From Schmidtea nova (taxonomy: Eukaryota): 64,000 bases of DNA. Every line of letters begins with the position of its first letter. Within the stretch, counting starts at the first letter, position 1. A program made the position numbers and the translations under genes. Shown piece after piece: positions 26,101-41,100 of the stretch. The DNA is taken from positions 50,406,001-50,470,000 of the forward strand of contig CM097882.1 of assembly GCA_044892505.1 (NCBI GenBank). The letters run 5' to 3'. The notes under the pieces were generated by a model. The model saw only the letters and a program-made list of their open reading frames with translations. It did no database searches and was not told where the DNA came from.

Positions 26101-29100
26101 AGACAAGCAAGACCAGAGAAATCGACAGCGTGGAAATGAAATTATATTTTGGCTTATTACTTCTAGCTGGCCTGTATTACAGTGACAGATTGAACTTAGA
26201 ATATTTGTGGAATGCCGATGACACTGGTAAAAAAAGGTATTCAGATTGACAATGACATTATATCGCTTCTGTTCCCTCTTATACTGCAATAAATGAGATA
26301 GCGAAACCCGCCTTGTAATAAAGAAAGCAGATAAGCTTGTACCAATTAAAGACCTCTTTGAGTTGTGAGAAATTATTCCCAGTCAGAGTTTCACAATAGA
26401 AGATAAATATATATTTTTAAAATAAATTTTACATAAATATATTACTTGTGCTCTGCCTAATAAAACCCGAACGCCATCAATCCAACCACATTTCATGGAT
26501 GCAAGAAACTTAATTAGTACATTTGCATCGGATGCTCTGTTAAAAATTAAAATGTTAACACATTTTTACTTAACATTTTTTAAAAGATGAAAATTCATAA
26601 ATGAGATCCAAATAACATTTTAGTTCAATTTTTCGATTAAATACAAAAATCGCAACAGTTGCCACAAGAATTTGGTGTATATATATGTTTAATTCTAATA
26701 ACATTTTATCATCTTTTGTGACAGTCATGTTGATTTTTTAATTAATTATTTGTTTAGTTTAAATATTCGACATTTATCAGTTTTATCAAAAATACTTTTA
26801 GGAATAAATCTGATTTAACTGACGGCCACATAAACAATCAGAATATTAACGTGGTCTCAAAGAAGACTAAATTTTTGATGGAATCTTTGCCAAAGCCATG
26901 GCCAGATATGTTTACACAACATTCAAAGATATAATTGGTGAGTATAAAAAGAGACTGAAGACTGGTTATATAGTTGCTGAAGCTAAAACCAATGTAGGGA
27001 AATGTAAAAGACCGAATCTACAGAATTACAAACCGAAAAGTGGTTTTAAATATTTTTGCAATCACGAAATAAACAAACGATAAAATCAAAAATCTAGAAG
27101 TTTAAAAACAAGAACAATTTACAAAGTTTAAGATTTGTTTAAGAAAAACTGTAATTGAAGTGTTAAAAGTCGATGCGAGAGTAAAAAGACATTGTTCAAG
27201 ACTTATTCGCAAAAAAAGTACTACATATGAGATTTTTACAAGTAATGAAAATAGAAGATGTAAAGTATAATTTATTGAAGTTATCGGTCAACTTCATACG
27301 TGAACGTGATTGATGAACAAATGAATATTCAGCTGAAACGCGATATACAAACGATCAGAAGGACCAAAGAAGAATATCCAAAAAGGCCATCGTAACAACG
27401 CTTAGAAAAGCATCAAGGAAAAGGATAACTTCCAAGAGAGAAATTTAGTCTTTATTTCCTAATATCTAAAATAACATAATATACTTAAAAAATTAAGTTA
27501 TAAAACAAAAACTCTAAAAAATATTTCAAATTTCAAATACTAAATGAGCATGATTAAAAATAAGTTAAAAGAAATAAATTTCAATAAAATTACTTAATCA
27601 TATCCTCTTTTATTAAAAAGCAAAATGTAGGTCGACCTTTCAAACGCCACCAGTTCGCCAAGAAATTAAAATCACTCTAAATGTAAAGCATATGTGATAT
27701 ATTCTAAAAAATATATTATATATCAACTAAATACATAGTAAATGCATATATAAATGAGTATATATATATATATATATATATATATACTCAGTCAAAAATA
27801 AAAAAAAATTATCTGAAAATTTATTTCAACCTTTACACACTGATGTAATGTGCCAGTAACCAAAAAGGCTTGGAAATGGACATTGAAACACATTTAAATA
27901 TTCAACGAGCATGCTTGTCCTGGAAATTTATTAATACATTTTGAGGACAAGTATACTCATTCTTCGCAACGAATGTGTTAATATTATAATTGACAAATCT
28001 AGAAAGCAATGCTTTGCAACTTTACAGAGACATTACTGAACAATCAACATAAAAGGTTTTATGGAAAAATGAAGCTCAACCATTTTTTGAAAAATATTAG
28101 ACTTAACTAAAACAAAATTTAAAATATTTAAATATGAAATACACCAGGTGTGTCCAACCTGTGGCCCAGGATGGCTTTGAATGTGGTCCGACAAAATTCA
28201 AGGTACATTTTTATATCATTATTTAAACTAAAATTGTAGATAATCTTTTAATGTAGGCCCGGTTTAGCTACAGTATCCTTGATTCAATAGCGTTTGGCTA
28301 TTATGTCACTGGAGAAGAAGATCACATGATAAAACACGCTCAAGTTTATTCCAATCAGTCAGTTCATGAGGAAGCCACATTCCCATAAACCATAAAAATC
28401 TCATTTGCTGTATCATTAGCACTATTACCTCTTTAAAACAATGCAGCAATACATGTCTGAAATATTTTCTTTGATATTTTAAAATATTTTAAAAATATTT
28501 TTTAACACACAGCTATGAGGCTACTGAATGTGATGATATTAACACTGTGCTTACAAGGTCATAGATTTATTTAAACACTGTATGATAATTTCTTTGTGTA
28601 CATTTGCGAAGTAAACTTATTTGACTGATATGTTTTACCTCATCCTCCATATTCTCCGGACATTTCCCCTTCCAATTTTTATTTATTTCCTTCATTGAAA
28701 AATTATCTACGTGGTAAAAAATTTAGTTCAAAAAATGATATAAAAATGTTCCTTGATCGATACTTTGCCAACAAACCTCGGAAGTTTTAGGAAAATGGCA
28801 TTATGAGGCTTCAGAAGATGGATAAAGGTAAAAGATTAGAATGGATCATATATAATTCAATAAATTTTTATGTAATACAAATTATTGTTTATTTTTCCTT
28901 ATTATTAAAACGAAAGAAACTTATATATATAGTGGCGTACCTAGAACTTTTGCCGCCCTTTCTAAGTCAATCAAATGGTGGTTTATATAAATTAATAAAC
29001 ATAAACAAACAATAGATGGGTAACTTTTTTATCATTGGATGCCACATTTAAATTGGACAATAATAATGAAGACCGCATAAGTTGATATACCTACATATGC

Positions 29101-32100
29101 AACTTTAATAAAAAACAAAATACTTTTTAAGGCCAAAAGAAACTTACGGAGGCCACTTATGAGACAAAACATATTCATAATTTACAAAAAAATTGCATTA
29201 ATATTTTTATTTTTATATTTATAGATAAATAAATTTCAATATCTTTTGGATAAACAATCAAATTGTACACATATTTGTATGTAAACATATTTAGAAATTT
29301 ACTCTTCTAACTTTCATAGTAGAAAAATCGTGTATAATGCTCTCAAAATTTATATTATTTGTAATTTCTTGTTCTATGGACAATATTACAAGATTTTCTA
29401 GTATTAAATCACTCATTGTGGAACGAAGATAATTTTTAATCAACTTCAATTTTGAGAAGCTCATTTCGCAACTAGTTAATGGCAATTGTTAAAAAAAATT
29501 CTTAACAAAATTACAATGTTGGGTACAGAATTTTCAAATCTATAATATTGAATAAACTTTAGTAGATCAAGAGGGCCTCTCTCCCCATTTTTTCAAAATT
29601 TTAACTGTTCTTTTAGTTCTGATACAGCCATAAAAACCTGGATCCTTTTTTCTTTCAATATAAAACTGTTCTTTATCAATGTCAATAAAATCATTTATTT
29701 GACATTCAAATTCTTCATTTAGTAGGTTTCATGGTATTATACACGAATATTTTGAAAGAACATGTAACTGATCAAAGCGTTCTTTTATTTCCTTTATATT
29801 TCTATCCATAGATAAAAACATTTCTCTTCGTACTTTTTGTTCTAAGGATAGCCCCACGTCTTGCGAATTTTCCCCACTCATATTTTTTTCCTTCTAACTC
29901 AACGCTCAGTCGATATCTCCAAATCTTCACAAATCGTTTTGGCTGCTATAATAGCGTTTTGTATTACCGCATCTTTTTGTTCCATGAAACGGATTTTAGT
30001 TTTATATTTAGTTTTATATGGCATTGATGGACATTTAACACTTTTATTTGCAAGTATTTTTGCGCGTCATTAATTTCCAAAAGGACGGGTTCCCATAAAT
30101 AGAGATAACATAGAAAAGAAAAAGATTGCATTGAATTTAATAATATTCCAGCAACTGATCTAGTCTTACTATTTTCTTCTTCAGGTGTTAATTTTTCCTA
30201 AGCGCTTAAAATGTAAAAATAATGTTTTTCTTCTATAGTTACTGCTTCTGCTCTAGCACTCCAGCGAGTTTCCACACTGCGTTTAACACCTTGACCATTG
30301 ACAGAAAGTAAAACATCCCATCGATGTGTGGAAGAAGAAAGAAACGAAAACAACTGTTCGATAGTTCCAAAAAATGTTATGAAATCAATAGCAGTAGAAG
30401 CTGCGTGTAAACATGCCAAGTTTAAAGAATGATTTGTACATGCTACAAATTCTGCATTTGGATTTATTTCTCTAATACGAGCTTGAACACCGCAGTGTTT
30501 TCCTGTTATGACGGCATCATTATCGTAAGCCTGTCCTCTGCAATCTTTTAAGACTAAATCGTCATATTCTAACTTCGTTAAAATCATATTTGTGATTTTC
30601 TCAGCAGTTTTTCCTTTAGTTTCTACAAAGACAATAAAAGATTTTTCAACTTTAACTTCGCTGTCATCAATAACTACATATATAATAATTTGACTAGTTT
30701 GATCTTTCTGAGAAATATCAGGGGTACTATCAAATATCTTGCAAAAGTATTTTGCTTGCTTGATTTGATCCATAATTGATCTTCTCACTGCACCTCCCAA
30801 TAGCTCTATGAATTCGTTCTGAATCTTTGGCGACAAATAAGAAATACTATATTTATTACCCATCCTAATTTTTACTACATGTTCACGTAATTCTTGATAG
30901 TACTTAGCCAACAAGTCAACAAGCTCTAGAAAATTTCCTCTATTTTCTATTGAACTGATATCTTCTTGATGAACAATTTCACGATTACCTCGAAACGCCA
31001 AATTTTGTTTTGCTAAGAATCTAATTATATCAAGTATTCTTGTAAGAATTTCCTTCCATTTTTTGATTTCTTTATCAATATTCTGTTGTGGATTATCCAA
31101 AGATGCACAATGTCTAAGTCTTATTTCTAATTTCTTCCATATGAAAAATGATTGAATGTGCAGTGAACACAACTCGTGTTGACTTATTTTGGGATAAGTT
31201 TCCAGCATTTGTTAAAACCATTTTCTGTGTTTAAACTTGATTGACAAAGATCATCAAACAGTTTATAAGAAAAACAATACACCATCCATGACCTTAACAG
31301 CTTTTCACTATTAGGCAAAATTTGAAAAAAACCAGTAGCGATTAAGTTTTCTTGTTTCACCTTTGGCTTTGATAGTATCACCAGGACGTTTTACTCCTTC
31401 ACTGAAATTGGCATCTAAATTTTGAATTGCAAACGGACCTTGACGTACCAGGAATACTCTTGTATTGTCGTCAATCTTTTTAGGCTATAATCCAACATCT
31501 TTCATAGAAATAGACAGAATAATTTGTGCAGCAGACTCTTCATCAGAACTTGATGAACTTTTTACTTCTTCGCTAGTATGTAAGGCAGGTCTTTCTGCTT
31601 CAACAACATTGGAAGAAGTTATCTCGCTTTCGAGGACTACTACTTCGCCAGTACTTGAGGCAACAATATTAAAAGAACTAGAAGTTGATTCACGGCAGAT
31701 GTATTTGAGTAGTGCTCCAGTATTGTTATTTTCCTCTTGTATTCTTATTTTCCTCCATTGCCTTTTTTTCTTTCTAAATGAAATTCCGCTTTCTTTTATT
31801 CGTTTCATTCTACGGATATGTTTAAAAAATAAATTACAGAAATAAAACGTATAATTTGTATTTTAAATAGTATATATCTTTTTCAAAATCCTGTATGCCT
31901 TTTGTAACGTTTATTAATGGAGAAATTTGAATATAATTGTTAAATTTAAACGATTATTTATATTACTAATTGTAATATAATTTTAAATAATAAAAAATTA
32001 TATACAGTTCACTTTAATAGTACATTTGATAGAGAATAAATATCCTAATATATTTAGGAACAAATCAAATCCGAGGTCATGTCACATGTAAAGAACTAAT

Positions 32101-35100
32101 TGAATACCGTTTTCTATGATTCGGGTGGGAACAGTTTTCTATAAAATACTTGGAAAACTGTCATAGGCCCGTCATTATTGCTATAATACTAATAACTATA
32201 GGTTTTATATATATTTTATATATTAATTCACAAGTAAAATGCAATTCATAAATAGTAATTAATATGAACGTAATAAAGATTAAGCAATTTATATTATATT
32301 TTTACATATAAATAATAGAACTAATAGTTCTACAATCTAAAGTGTATAATCTAAGGTTTAATAAATATAAAGTGTCGCCCCAAAATATGTGTCGTCCGGT
32401 GCGGAGCGCACCCCCCCCCGCCCCCCCCCTTAGGTATATTTTATGTGTAGCCCAATATAACTCGCCTTCTTCAAATGTGGCCCAGGGAAGCTGAAAGGTT
32501 GGACATCCCTGGAATACAGTGGGATCTATTTGAAAAATGAAACAAATTATTTTTGAAAATCGATATCTTGGCCTGATAAATACTTATAATATATATTACA
32601 AGATGTTATAAATATTTTACTTTAACTTCGTCAACGACAACATTCATGTCATGCATTAAGTAAAAATCTTCTATTTCAAATAATAAAGGATAGCTAAGAA
32701 CTGTATTTCCTGAAATTCTTGAATAATATAAATTAATATATATATAATATATTATTTATATACCGATAAAACTTGCTAGTACCAAGTTGTCCTACTGGCC
32801 GTGAAGGTCTACCTGTTAATTTCATAGTTTCACAACAACCCATGGCTTTAAAAACTCTTGTAAGTTGGTCAGGAGGCCAAATCTAGAAATATATCTCTAA
32901 AAAATGCAAAATTGAAACGAATGAACTTTAATATAAAGAACACTAGATATATTTCATAACCTAGCTTTTTATTAATCTAATAGTGACACATTTTAATTTA
33001 AGGTAATGAATATTAAACACTTCCAAATGACTAAAAACGATAATTGTATGATATCTTGGAAGAATAAAAAGAATATGTAACACGTATCTATCTTGAGCAT
33101 CACTAGATTTATCAGTTACACTGAAAGATGCATATGACATTTCTGAAATCGGTTATTCTTGCAACATATCATATATTTTGGGTATATAGTGTTATCGAAG
33201 TTCCGAATCACATGGTGAATATACAGATATTTAATCTTCACTTTTTACGATTTCAATTTTTTTCTTTTTTTCAGAAAATAAAAATATTTTTACATTTATA
33301 AAAGAGATAAATAAAAATATTAACNNNNNNNNNNNNNNNNNNNNNNNNNNNNNNNNNNNNNNNNNNNNNNNNNNNNNNNNNNNNNNNNNNNNNNNNNNNN
33401 NNNNNNNNNNNNNNNNNNNNNNNNNNNNNNNNNNNNNNNNNNNNNNNNNNNNNNNNNNNNNNNNNNNNNNNNNNNNNNNNNNNNNNNNNNNNNNNNNNNN
33501 NNNNNNNNNNNNNNNNNNNNNNNNNATGTATTGTAGAAAAAACGAACAAGAAACCATACAACTCCAACTTATCGACCTATGAACATGCTAATTTGAAATA
33601 CCTTAAACTCAAACCAAACATCTACTTACCAAGCGACAAAGGAGGCGAATTTTGCATAATCGAAAAAAAACGTTATTGTGAAGCGGGCTACAAACACCTC
33701 AACGACACAAGTACATATAAATAGATGAAACACATGTCAGCAAACACCATTGAAGGAAAGATTAACAAAGTATTCAAAAGAATCGGCAAAAAAAGTAGCA
33801 AAGAAAGATCTATCAAAAGCTTCATAAAAAAATCTCAGACCTTGCAAAATTTTACTGTTTAATTAAAACCCACAAAGGTCCCGTGATCAAGATTACACCA
33901 ATTGTATTCAATACAAAAGATATAACAACCAGGGTGAGTTGGCTTCTATCCAAAATTCTAAAACCCCTGCTGGATCATGTACCACACCATCTTTAAAGCA
34001 GTGACTGTCTCTTGTCAAAATTCAATTATTCCTTTAGCATCGATGTAGTATCCCTATACACTTCTACCCACCATAAAGATGTTATAGATTGTTTAGAAAG
34101 AAAGTTAAGAGAATGCAAACTTATAGTAAATGAGATGCAGACAGAAGACATCATTGAACTTCTCAATGTGATTGTTGCAAACACCTTAACATTGAACGAA
34201 AAGTTTACCAACAAGTGAAAGGGTCTGCTAATGGACTCTATAATATCAGTCATACTAGCGATTATATTCATGGATTATCTAGAACAACAAACACTGATGA
34301 CTATAAAAAACATTAGTACTTACGCACAATATGAAAATGATATCTTTATCACAACCAATAGCAAAAAGGAAGAGGAAGAAATATTTCAAATTTTCAATGC
34401 GGCACACAACGACAAAATTTAAGATTGAATACCTAGAAGAAGATGCATCCCTCGAACTATTATATCTGAGAATAAAAATCAACTCAGGCACACCAACATA
34501 CGGAGTCAACAAAAAATCTGCCTACAAGGAAATATTTATGCACCAAAGATCATCAGAAAATGATCAGAAAAAATTTATGATCATCAAAAACTTAATATCT
34601 CTGGTCTTCCAATTCATTTAGCAAATCGATTTAAGACATTGAGGCAAGTCTTGGCTAACAATCCGAGAAAAAAAATACTTGTAAGATGGAAAATTGCCAA
34701 ACACCAAAGAAAATGTGCTTCAGCAAGAACATAGTCTTTTGCATCATGTGTAATAAATGCGAAGAAATTTACATAGGAAGAACCCTTCGAACTTTGCATC
34801 AGAGAATAAAAAAATATCTTGATACTGGTGAAAAGTCATCTGTATATAGACATCTTCACCAGTCGGACAGATAATAATTAAAATTTAATATCAGTGAGAA
34901 TATTAACAAGCGAAAACGATGAAAAAAATCTAAGTCTTAAAGAAGCTATTCTAATTAGATACAAACAGCAAAAATTAACTCTAAAAATGAAATTAGGTAA
35001 ATCGCCGACTTAATACCTTGTTATAAAAACATTTTTGGTCTACAAAGGAGAAAGAGAAAAAGGAAAGGGGAAGAAAACAGAAAGTACAGAAATATATGGC

Positions 35101-38100
35101 ATTTCAGAGATAAAAAATCTTTCATATATAACTAAATTAGTTTTAAAATTTAAATATAAATGGTTAGAAAATTAAGATATAAAATTACAAACTTAACTAA
35201 AAATTTTAAAAATTTTGAAAAGGATAATTTTATTGCTTTGAAATTGAAAAGATTTTTTAAAAAAGTAGAAAATTCATATTTATTCTGGAAATTTCAAGTT
35301 TTATATTTGATTTTAAATTTTTAACTAAAAACATTTTAAAATTTATATTAATCAGATTTACATTCAATAAAAGGAGAGATAATTTACGAGAAAGAAACAG
35401 AAATACACGGAGACGATTCCAGATATATCCTGAATTAGAGATTGATAGGGATTATTTTATAATCGAAAATTTTCACTTAATAAAAGATTTTGCAGCAAAG
35501 GCTTATTTNNNNNNNNNNNNNNNNNNNNNNNNNNNNNNNNNNNNNNNNNNNNNNNNNNNNNNNNNNNNNNNNNNNNNNNNNNNNNNNNNNNNNNNNNNNN
35601 NNNNNNNNNNNNNNNNNNNNNNNNNNNNNNNNNNNNNNNNNNNNNNNNNNNNNNNNNNNNNNNNNNNNNNNNNNNNNNNNNNNNNNNNNNNNNNNNNNNN
35701 NNNNNNNNNNNNNNNNNNNNNNNNNNNNNNNNNNNNNNNNNNNNNNNNNNNNNNNNNNNNNNNNNNNNNNNNNNNNNNNNNNNNNNNNNNNNNNNNNNNN
35801 NNNNNNNNNNNNNNNNNNNNNNNNNNNNNNNNNNNNNNNNNNNNNNNNNNNNNNNNNNNNNNNNNNNNNNNNNNNNNNNNNNNNNNNNNNNNNNNNNNNN
35901 NNNNNNNNNNNNNNNNNNNNNNNNNNNNNNNNNNNNNNNNNNNNNNNNNTTGAAAAGCAAATATTTCAAACTCTTTCAAAGCACCAACTTACATTTACAC
36001 GAAAAAGAAACTATACAGTAGTTACTGTCTTTTAAAGATTAGGTAAGAAGTCAAGAATAATAAAATATAAATCTAGATAATAATATAAATCTAGATAAAA
36101 CAGTTTTTCAGATTTTCAGATTTTAGATAAATTGTGTCTGTCCTCTGATGTTAGTACATTCAAAGTAGTTTAAAGTATCTGATTGATTAGATGAATGTAT
36201 TATTATTTTTAAATATGTTTTCAAAGAAAACCGATCAAAACTAAGTAATTTAAAATTAAATTTTTCTTCTTTTGTTAGATAACCTCTATCACAATTGCTA
36301 GGTAAAGTGTGCCAAAGATTGCAAATACGCAATCAATAAAATTGTTGTAAATGTTTGTAAATTTAGAAAATAGTTACCTGAATAGGTTCAACTTGTCTTG
36401 GAGTTTGACAAACTATTCCATAAGTTGCAAGAAGCTGTTGAAGTCTAACTGATTCCGAAATCAGAACAACTTGAATCACAAGATTTAGAGGTTTGTTCTA
36501 GCAAAATAAAACAAAATAATTTCAAAATTTATTAGTATCTTATTTAATATTATTTATGTCAAATTTATTTAATAAATTAAAGGAATTATAGCTAAATATC
36601 CATGAAAATATATTTTTAAAATAAATTTGAAATGAAATTGTTAATGTGCAGGAATTTTAGCTGTCACGACTATTTTTAACAGCAAACTTGAAAATTAGCA
36701 ATATTAAAGCAAATGCTAAATGTATTATGATATTAAATTAAGCAAGCTACTAATCAAAAAGATGTATCACCCTTGGCAAATATTGAAAAATAACAATATT
36801 CTCACTTTATGCATCTAAAATAAATAAATAAACTTAAATTAAATTAAATTATTCTTGATAATTAAAAAAATGTATTAAATGAAATCACTTTTGAAAAAAA
36901 GTTTTGAATCGAAATTTAACATACTTCCAGCCTTAAATGTTTATAATTATCAAAGGGTTAAATGTGATTGATGATGAAATTTCACCTAGTGCTGATCATG
37001 AAATTCTACTGATATTGACCCTTGGTTAATGCAACATATGTTGGAATGAATGACGGTGTTCAAATGAATCGTGTTGAGGGTAATAATAATGTGTTGAAAT
37101 AAAGAAACGTTTGCTGTTACCATTTGCTGTGTGTTGAAAATTTTAGAAAATCTATTTTTAAAAATATTAGAAATACTAATGTTAAAATAATTTTTAAATC
37201 TTGTAAAGTTCGTGATATGTTCAGTAATACATTGTTGAAGCCATTTGATCTATGTTCTGATCTTGTAATTAGTTTTACTTGTAAAGGGTACAATACCACG
37301 TATATATTGGAGAAACTGGTTACATTTTCTGCACTCGAATACGAGAGCATAACAGAATGAGTGGAAACAGTTATATTATTAAGCATAATAAGACACACAA
37401 GTCAAAATTTGATATTTACAATTTTAAAAGTTTGTTTCGAGAAAAATAGAAGTTCGAAAAGTTTTAACTTTTGATTATATTTTATTAATTAAATTTTAGA
37501 TTTGGTATGAAAAACTTTGAAACACTTTGTTACACAAAATCCAACATTGCACTCTGGGCATATAAAACTACTCATACAACTGCATATATAAAAGCATAAT
37601 AAATTTTACTAATTTTAACAGAAAAATATAAGAATCAAAAAATTATTTCTAAAACGAAAAAAATATTTGCATGAAAATATTTTGAATGAAATATTTATTG
37701 TAAAAACTTTAATTCCTTTAAAGCAGGGATGCACAGACTTTTCAGTATGTGTGCCACATTTTGTAATAATACATTCTATGAGGGCCACATTTGGAAAAAA
37801 CACCTAATCTGTAAAATTTTAAATTATAACACGGTTTCTATTTACAAAAATGCATTTTAATTTATTTGAAATAATTAATTGTATTTTTTATTTGGAGCAA
37901 TATGACATTGTTTTTTATTAACAATTTTTAAAATATTTGGTGTCAAGTTTGTTGTTGCCAAACGTAGAATTGAATGTAAATTATCATTTGAAAGGCGGTT
38001 ACGTTGCTTCGACTTGTTCATGTTCATAACAGAGAACGTTTGTTCGCATACGTATGTTGAACCAAATAAAGATGCAATGTATGCTACCTTTTGAATTAAA

Positions 38101-41100
38101 TTAGGATATGACACTTTTTGTAAACATTTATAGAAATTTTGAAGATCGCTTTCCTTAAATTTATTACGAAGGTGATCAGATGACTGCAAATCGATGAGTT
38201 CTAGTTGGATATCTTGATTAACTTCATCGATATTAACTGAAAACGGATCAGCAAATAGCTGAAAATCACTTTTCCTTTTTTTGAAATCAGCAAATCTTGA
38301 TTCAAAAAGATTTTTCAGTAACTGAATTTTACTTACGTAAAAATCATAATCCACGGAGTGTCGCGGAAAATATTTTTGACATGTTGGAAAATGATGCAAA
38401 ATTTTATCGATTAGATTTTTTTGGAATAAAGTTAATTTGTTTTCAAATGATTCCACGTGGTTTGCCATTTCTGAAATAAATTGATTTTTGCCCTGCAACT
38501 TTAAATTGAAAATATTTAGATGCGTGGTTATATCCACAAGAAATGCAAAATCGCAAAGCCACCTGTCATTAGAAAGCTCTTGAAAAGGCTTTTGCTTTTC
38601 ATTTAGGAATATTTCAATTTCTTCCGCCAAATCAGAAAATCTTTGTAATGTTTTTCCACGACTTAACCATCTGACTTCACAATAATAAATGAGGTCATGG
38701 TACTCAGCTTCTATTTCTTCAAGAAAAGATTTGAACTGTCGGTGGTTTAGACCTCTATATTTTATGAAATTTACTACTGATACGACTACCTTCATTAAAT
38801 GATAGAATCCTAAGTCTTTTCCACGAAGATTTTGTTGATGTATAATGCAATGGAACCGAAATAATTCTAAGTTTCGATTACCAAGACTATTATTCAGCAA
38901 TGATACCATACCATTGTTTGCACCAATCATGGAAGGTGCACCATCTGTAGTATTACCAGCAAGTTTTTTTAAATCAAGGCCAGCCTTTTCACATTCGTTT
39001 AGTAAACTCGTCAGCAAATCACTTCCAGTCGTACGGTCTTTTAATGAACTTACCGCCAATAATTCTTCATAAATTTCAAAATTATTAGTTACACAACGGA
39101 AAAATATCATCAATTGTGGCGTTGAAGAAATATCGGTTGACTCATCAATAGCCAGAGAAAAATATCTAATATCTTCAGTTTTTTCTTTGAATTGATCAAA
39201 GATGTCATCAGCCATTTCAACCACATGACGCTGAACTGTTGTCCTGCTCAAAGATATATTTTCAACCTTTTTTGTTATTTCAGGAGAAAATTTTTTTCCC
39301 ACTGTTAATAAACACTGTTTAATAAATTCTCCTTCAGTGAAAGGCCGACTTGTTTTAGTGATCAACAATGACAAATCGTAGCTAATTTCAGAAACGACTT
39401 CTGATACTTTATGTAATTTTTTAAAAATATGTTGCTGAGCAGTAATACCACGTTTAAAGCAATTGATCTTTTCTTCCCGTGATATGCCCACAATATTCTC
39501 ATATTCCGGATGTGTTGTAATATGGTGCCTCTTTATGTTAAACTCATTCATACAATTTATCTTTATTTGACAAATCAAGCATATAACTTTATTATTGTGT
39601 TCGAATACAAAATATTTATCAGTTCAACAATTATTAGATTTCCTGTTTTCGGATTCCAATTTTCGTTTGATTGCAATCATTCTCTTACAGGGCTAATAGT
39701 AATTAGCATTTATAAAACTTAGTTAATTAAAAAATATATAAAATAAAAACTTACATACTTATTGTAATTACCACCCCACAGAAAATTAGAAGGCGTTATT
39801 TTTTAATTTTATATTATAAAATTTAAAACTAGCTGTTTATGTTGCGAAGATTTTTTGAATTCTAGCTTGGTACAAACAAATATATACAAAACAAATACTT
39901 TGTAGTTAGAACTTTTATTAAATCTGTGCAATTTTTATTAAATCTGTAATATTGCAAAACACAACATTTTCGAAAAGTTTCTTTAAGATAATCAAACAAA
40001 AAATCGTTATATGTATTGAAATCACCCAGCAGAATAATTTTTAGTGTAATAAAAAAGTGCTGCCATTTCTAATTTTTAGGGCACTTGCAATTTCTAAAAA
40101 CTGAAAATGTTTTTTTAGTGCTGCTATTTCTGAAAATGTAGGCATTTTTTAAATAAATCTATTAAATAAATATACACAAGGGCCGCACAAATTGTTCAAA
40201 AGGGCCGCACTTTGTGCATCCATGCTCTAAAGAGTGTCCCAAAAAGAGCGGAAAATTTAAATTCTAAATAAAACAGTTTTTTTGAGAAAATACCGAAACT
40301 TATATTTAATCATAAAGTAGACATGTGGGAATTATGTATGGAACAAAACATCTGATAACTGCCCCCATCGGCTTTGCTGGCACATTTGCATTAATTTGAC
40401 GAAATTTTCAAACACGGGTTGGCATAACTGTGGATGGATTTCAGTAATACAGCGTCTAATCTCCTCCTCGAGGCTTCGGTGATGTGAAGGCGTGAGTTCT
40501 TGAGTCAGTTAGATTTTAATTAAATTTATATTAAATCAAAATTAAATCAATAGCCAATAATTTTATGAAAATCAACAAAGATCATAAAATTTAAATTTGG
40601 CGCAATTTTTCTGTTGCTTTTTTACAGTCAAATCATATTGACAGTTCAATGGCAGACAGTCCGCCATTATTAAAATGGATCGCTATTTGACACAACTACG
40701 CATTCTAATTAATAAAAACATTATTCCAAAAATGGTGAAAGTTTGATAGCCATGATTCGCAAATTGTGTACAATTTTTAGTAAACAAAATGTTCCAAGTG
40801 TATCAACTGTGAAGAGAATAATCACAAAATTAACGGAGACTTGATTGATTACTGATATCAGATCATCGACACGTGCTTTCTCAGGTCGTTCAGCAGAAAC
40901 TATCATGGCTGTTCACCAGGATGTGACCGAGAGTCAAGGAACAGTCATTTTGCATTGTGGTCAAGAATTGAACATTTCAAGAAGCAGTATGCAGCGAATT
41001 TTCATGAAAGATTAACGTCTTCATGTTTATAAAATCAAACTAATTCAAGAACTCAGGCCTACAGACCATACACGGCGAATATAGTTCATCAATTGGTTCA

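Larger units (their letters stand above)
28145..32511. mobile_element. Non-autonomous hAT shell (Charlie/MER30-like ends) expanded by nested insertions
   Basis: TIRs CAGGTGTGTCCAACCT and AGGTTGGACATCCCTG; flanks aaaTAcac and gaaTAcag (6/8 match, TA centre). Confidence 0.75.

Noticed and set aside
26650-27450. piggyBac tail or RTE-like RT remnant
   Set aside because: Motif hints conflict and are too decayed to assign.
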